The notes under the pieces: generated by a model | Database searches by the model: none | Told to the model about the DNA's origin: nothing | The model's input: the letters and a program-made list of their open reading frames with translations, nothing else | Part shown: positions 60,496-64,000 of the stretch, one piece after another | Layout of the letters: each line of letters begins with the position of its first letter | How positions within the stretch are numbered: the stretch's first letter is position 1 | NCBI RefSeq assembly: GCF_964204645.1 | Contig: NC_134025.1 | Span: forward strand, 15,624,001 to 15,688,000 | DNA: 64,000 nucleotides | Source: Tubulanus polymorphus | Taxonomy: Eukaryota; Animalia; Nemertea | Reading direction: 5' to 3' | Position numbers and translations under genes: made by a program

Positions 60496-60683
60496 AGTAA
60501 TAGGGGTAATACGCATTCAGGCTAAAGGTTGAAGGGGCGAGTGAGTAAAAAATGAAAATAACAATAATTTCCAGTTGAATTAGGAGTGTGCGCGACTAAT
60601 TCAACTGGAAATTATTGTTATTTTCATTTTTTACAAGCTCGACCCTTCGACCTTTGGCCTGAAAGCCTATTACCCCTATTACT
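60496..60683. repeat. Right terminal imperfect palindrome (188-nt hairpin)
   Basis: AGTAATAGGGGTAAT...ATTACCCCTATTACT; long perfect inner stem AAAATAACAATAATTTCCAGTTGAATTAG / CTAATTCAACTGGAAATTATTGTTATTTT. Confidence 0.92.
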
Positions 60684-61039
60684 GGGGTGAACTGTAGCTT
60701 AGATCATCCAGTACTGGATGATCTAAGCTACAGTTCACCCCCAAACTTATGATACGAGCCCCTGTGACTACAATAGGCCATACAATACAATACAGTACAC
60801 ACTAGGCCTATCATGCCTATTGACATGTAAATTGTTTTGGCAATAGACTGATATCCAATGTCTATTTCTACTTGATTTAAGAGGATATCTATTTTCGTCT
60901 GACGAAAAGGTCTTAATTTTCTCATGTTGAATTGAGAAAATTTAGCCATTTTTAAAACGAAGTGGATATTTAACTGGCGTAGGCCTACGGCTAAGTGTTA
61001 ACTTCTACTATTTTACATTACATCATTACTTTTATAGTA

Positions 61040-61435
61040 CGCTGTGGCTTCTCGTACGGACCCGTACGGATTACTCTGGAAGCTATTCGTACGGAACTAG
61101 GATCTGTACGCTAATAACTGTCGCTGATTGGCCGATTAACGCCGCGCATGCGTACAGAGGTGCACGACTTAGAAAATTCAAGAAAAGTGTGGAGAATAGT
61201 TAGAAAAAATAGCGGATCGAGCGAGACTCGAACCCGGGCTAGTAAATTACTAGCGCAGCATCATTCCACTAGACCACCGATCTCGCTGACAGTCGGTCGA
61301 ATGTTTTAACTACATATTGCCTCACCTTACCCTAACCCTATACCTTCCCGTACACATAATTCCAGAGTTATCCGACGGTTGCGTACGAATAGCCTACGGA
61401 ATTATTCGTACGGGTCCGTACGAGTAGCCACTTCG
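61040..61435. mobile_element. MITE with 9-bp TSD (MULE-like) carrying a tRNA-like Pol III cassette
   Basis: TIR CGNNGTGGCTWCTCGTACGGACCCGTACG; TSD TTTATAGTA (61031-61039, 61436-61444); minus-strand A box TGGTCTAGTGG and B box GGTTCGAGTC at ~61212-61290. Confidence 0.75.
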
Positions 61436-61516
61436 TTTATAGTATCAACTAATCAAAGTAAGAATAAAATCATTTTATTGGGTTTAGGGTTCGGGTTCTA
61501 AAGGACCCAGGTCCAG

Positions 61517-61625
61517 GACCCAGTTCCACATTACTGTGTTAAGATTTGAACATGGAGTTAAAACATCGGAAATTAACTGACTTTAACTCAGAGTTAACTC
61601 TAACTCACAACTTTGGAACTGGGCC
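61517..61625. mobile_element. Small PIF/Harbinger-like MITE
   Basis: TIR GNCCCAGTTCCA, CAG duplication on both sides. Confidence 0.65.
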
Positions 61626-61860
61626 CAGAGGGTTAGGATTAGAGTTAGGGTTAGGGTCCGTTTACCCCTAGGAATAGGATTAGGGTAAGGTGAGAAACCA
61701 TAGATAGTTAGGCCCCTAAAACATTTGATTGGTTTTCAGCGAGCTCGGTGGTCTAGTGGTATGACGCAGCGCGGGTCCTTCTTATTACCGAGATGACGTT
61801 ATTTACCGAGATGAAGATGAACCGAGATGACATGAAATATAACATATTTGTTTATTCCTT

Positions 61861-62140
61861 ATCGATTTTAACACTTGAAATCATGTTATATCAGTAATAA
61901 ATACCTTCTAGAGTCATCATATTCTACTTATTTTTCAGGATATTTTTGATAAAAAAAATTTTGACTTCAAATACGTCATCTCGGTTAGCAATAAAATTTC
62001 ATTGAATTTGATTGATTGACGATCTCATCTCGGTAAAGTTAAAAGTTATTTTTCTACAAAATATCCTGAAAAATAGGTAGAATGTGACTCTAGAAGGTAT
62101 TTATTACTGATATGATATGATTTCAAGTGTAAAAATCGAT
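61861..62140. repeat. Fold-back repeat with ~95-bp arms
   Basis: ATCGATTTTAACACTTGAAATCAT...CAGTAATAAATACCTTCTAGAGTCA and its reverse complement. Confidence 0.75.
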
Positions 62141-62911
62141 ATATCGCGTCACGTCGACATGAATATGTCGATATATCGTGACGTTTTCACGACAAATTTC
62201 GCTTTTTCGCCCATTTTCCACGGGTAAAACCGTCATTTGAAGACATGTCTAAATGTAAGATGAGGACACCAGTAATATGACGACTGAGTTTCAAGTCGTC
62301 GTGAATATGTCGACTTGTCGCGAGGAAAGTGGTCGAAAAAGCGAAATTTGTCGTGAAAACGTCACGATATGACGACATATTCATGTCGACTTGACGCGAT
62401 ATATCGCGATATGTCGACATAAATATGGCGACTTGACGAGTTGGAACGCGACAACTCGAGGCCCCTTATCGCTTCCGTAGATATCAACTCCTTTTCAAAA
62501 TAGAGGTGATCGACCATCAAATACAGCCACTACGGTAGCCATCTTGAATTTGTCAGCACAATGTCGATATGTCGACATATCCCGTCAAGCCGACATAAAT
62601 GTCGACATATCGTGACATTTTTACGACAAATTTCGCTTTTTCGCCCATCTTCCACGGGACAAGCCGTCATTTGAAGACACGTCGAAATGTAAGATGAGGA
62701 CGCCAGTAATATGATGACTGAGTTTCAAGTCGTCATGAATATGTCGACTTGTCGCGAGGAAAATGGTCGAGAAAACGAAATATGTCGTCAAAACATCACG
62801 ATATGTCGACATATTCAGATCGACTTGATGCGATATATCCTGATATATTGATATAAGTATGACAATTTGACGAGTTGGAAAGCACGACAACTGGAGGTTA
62901 TCGCTTCCGTA
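62141..62911. mobile_element. Two further copies of the GTCGAC-rich MITE family
   Basis: Similar to 40650-40989; both end TTATCGCTTCCGTA (~62479, ~62911). Confidence 0.8.
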
Positions 62912-64000
62912 CAATAGCCTGGTTGGTATATTTGATTGATATCTATGAAACTTGATATGAGAGTAAAGACAATAATTCTGACAAACTCGATGAACAGTTA
63001 AATAAACTCAGCTGTTATGGAGTATGCAGTTTCAATTTCTTGCCCCTTTACTGTTCCCTTACCTCGAGGAGACGTGCCTAGTTCCAGATTTATTTTTCCT
63101 TGCTGGGGAACATCAGGGAATACTGACTTTTCTTTAAATCAGGGATTTTTCTATTTCCTTATCTGTAAGAACCCTGATAGATACACCATTCCACTATTTT
63201 GTTTTAGCCTGTTTAAATTTTAAGAGTTTTAAGATATGTATAAATACACATATATCATTAGCAGTGGCCAGTTTTAGGCTTGGACTTAAGGTAGTTAGTT
63301 TGCATAGTATCTAAACTCTAGACTCAAAATGTAAGGATTCTATGAAACATATGATTCTAAGTAATAGTGTAGAGAGTTGAAGGAAAACTATTCTTTTTAA
63401 ACTTCACGGAATAAACTTATTTTATAGCTCAAAGTTGTGTATTCAAATACTATATTCTCTGACTGAAAAATGAATGTGTATTTTGTATTTTTGAGTACAC
63501 TACGCCCTAGTAGGGTTTTAGACGCTTAGGAGAGAGAGTTGAAACAACTCTACCTTAAACACCTAGCTATGACCAGATAGATTTATAATCATCGAGCATG
63601 AGAAGAGCTTCGTTTTCTGACATATGCAAGAGAAATGTCTTTTTTTTTAAGCATGTAATTGTTTTAAACCCACTCGGTGCTTAGGTTAGTGGGGTACCAG
63701 TGTTAGTGTTCATTTTCTTTTTATAAGCAGAAAAAGATCTTTTACAATTAGCAGTAGCAAACTTGTTTCTAAGCTACGGGACCTGAACGTTTTTAACTTG
63801 CGTGTATGCAGATTTGGTAGTGAAATATATACAGAAAAAGTAGCGACTGATTAATAGTTGGACATGTAGTGTTACAGAAATGGTGTATATGTGCAATGGT
63901 GTTATTTGGTGTTATCCAATTTTCATGTATACCGTACGTGTCTGAATGAACTTCTTATACGTTTGAAATTGTTGTTTATTTTTTTTCCAGTCTGGTCCGT

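Larger units (their letters stand above)
42370..60683. mobile_element. Complete Polinton/Maverick (adintovirus-like endogenous virus), element B, 18.3 kb
   Basis: Termini AGTAATAGGGG...CCCCTATTACT, 6-bp TSD GGGGTG (42364-42369, 60684-60689); pPolB, penton, MCP, ATPase, integrase; scattered nonsense and frameshift mutations. Confidence 0.96.
42339..60766. mobile_element. Palindromic P-element-like MITE (~108 bp when rejoined) split by the Polinton
   Basis: CACAGGGGCTCGTATCATAAGTTTGGGGGTG (42339-42369) and 60690-60766 rejoin into a perfect palindrome; 8-bp TSD ACTACAAT (42331-42338, 60767-60774); CANRG termini. Confidence 0.85.

Noticed and set aside
42370-60683. Adenain-type cysteine protease gene, or a phage/contaminant origin for the AT-rich block
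   Set aside because: No adenain motif (H...D...Q...CG) recognised in any ORF; the TSD and the split host MITE show genuine chromosomal integration.
61628-61692. Telomere (TTAGGG-like repeats)
   Set aside because: Few, degenerate units embedded in a repeat element, not a terminal array.

Overview
AT-rich eukaryotic window, probably from an invertebrate animal (inferred from the repeat types), made almost entirely of nested mobile elements with no clear intact host gene. From left to right: the 3' end of a chromodomain Gypsy LTR retrotransposon (1-2471); a decayed Sola-like DDD transposon (~4.2-8.3 kb); MITEs and Helentron-type (HINE) elements; a very young Penelope-like retroelement (13178-21316) with an inverted copy, three tandem pLTRs, no GIY-YIG endonuclease and a duplicated structured RNA motif; a LINE 3' fragment; a truncated Polinton/Maverick (~22.1-28.1 kb) whose pPolB carries a Mimivirus-type LAGLIDADG intein in motif C, next to a VLTF3-like gene; a nest of HINEs (28-40 kb); and a complete 18.3-kb Polinton (42370-60683, 6-bp TSD) inserted in a P-like MITE. 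The complete Polinton has the intein-free pPolB allele, penton, major capsid protein, A32 ATPase, integrase and HNH genes, a different fold-back hairpin at each end, and a poxvirus-like T-run + TAAATG motif at most gene starts. Together these suggest an animal Polinton lineage that exchanges genes with, and may depend on, a giant (NCLDV) virus. All calls come from reading the sequence by eye; no database search was run.
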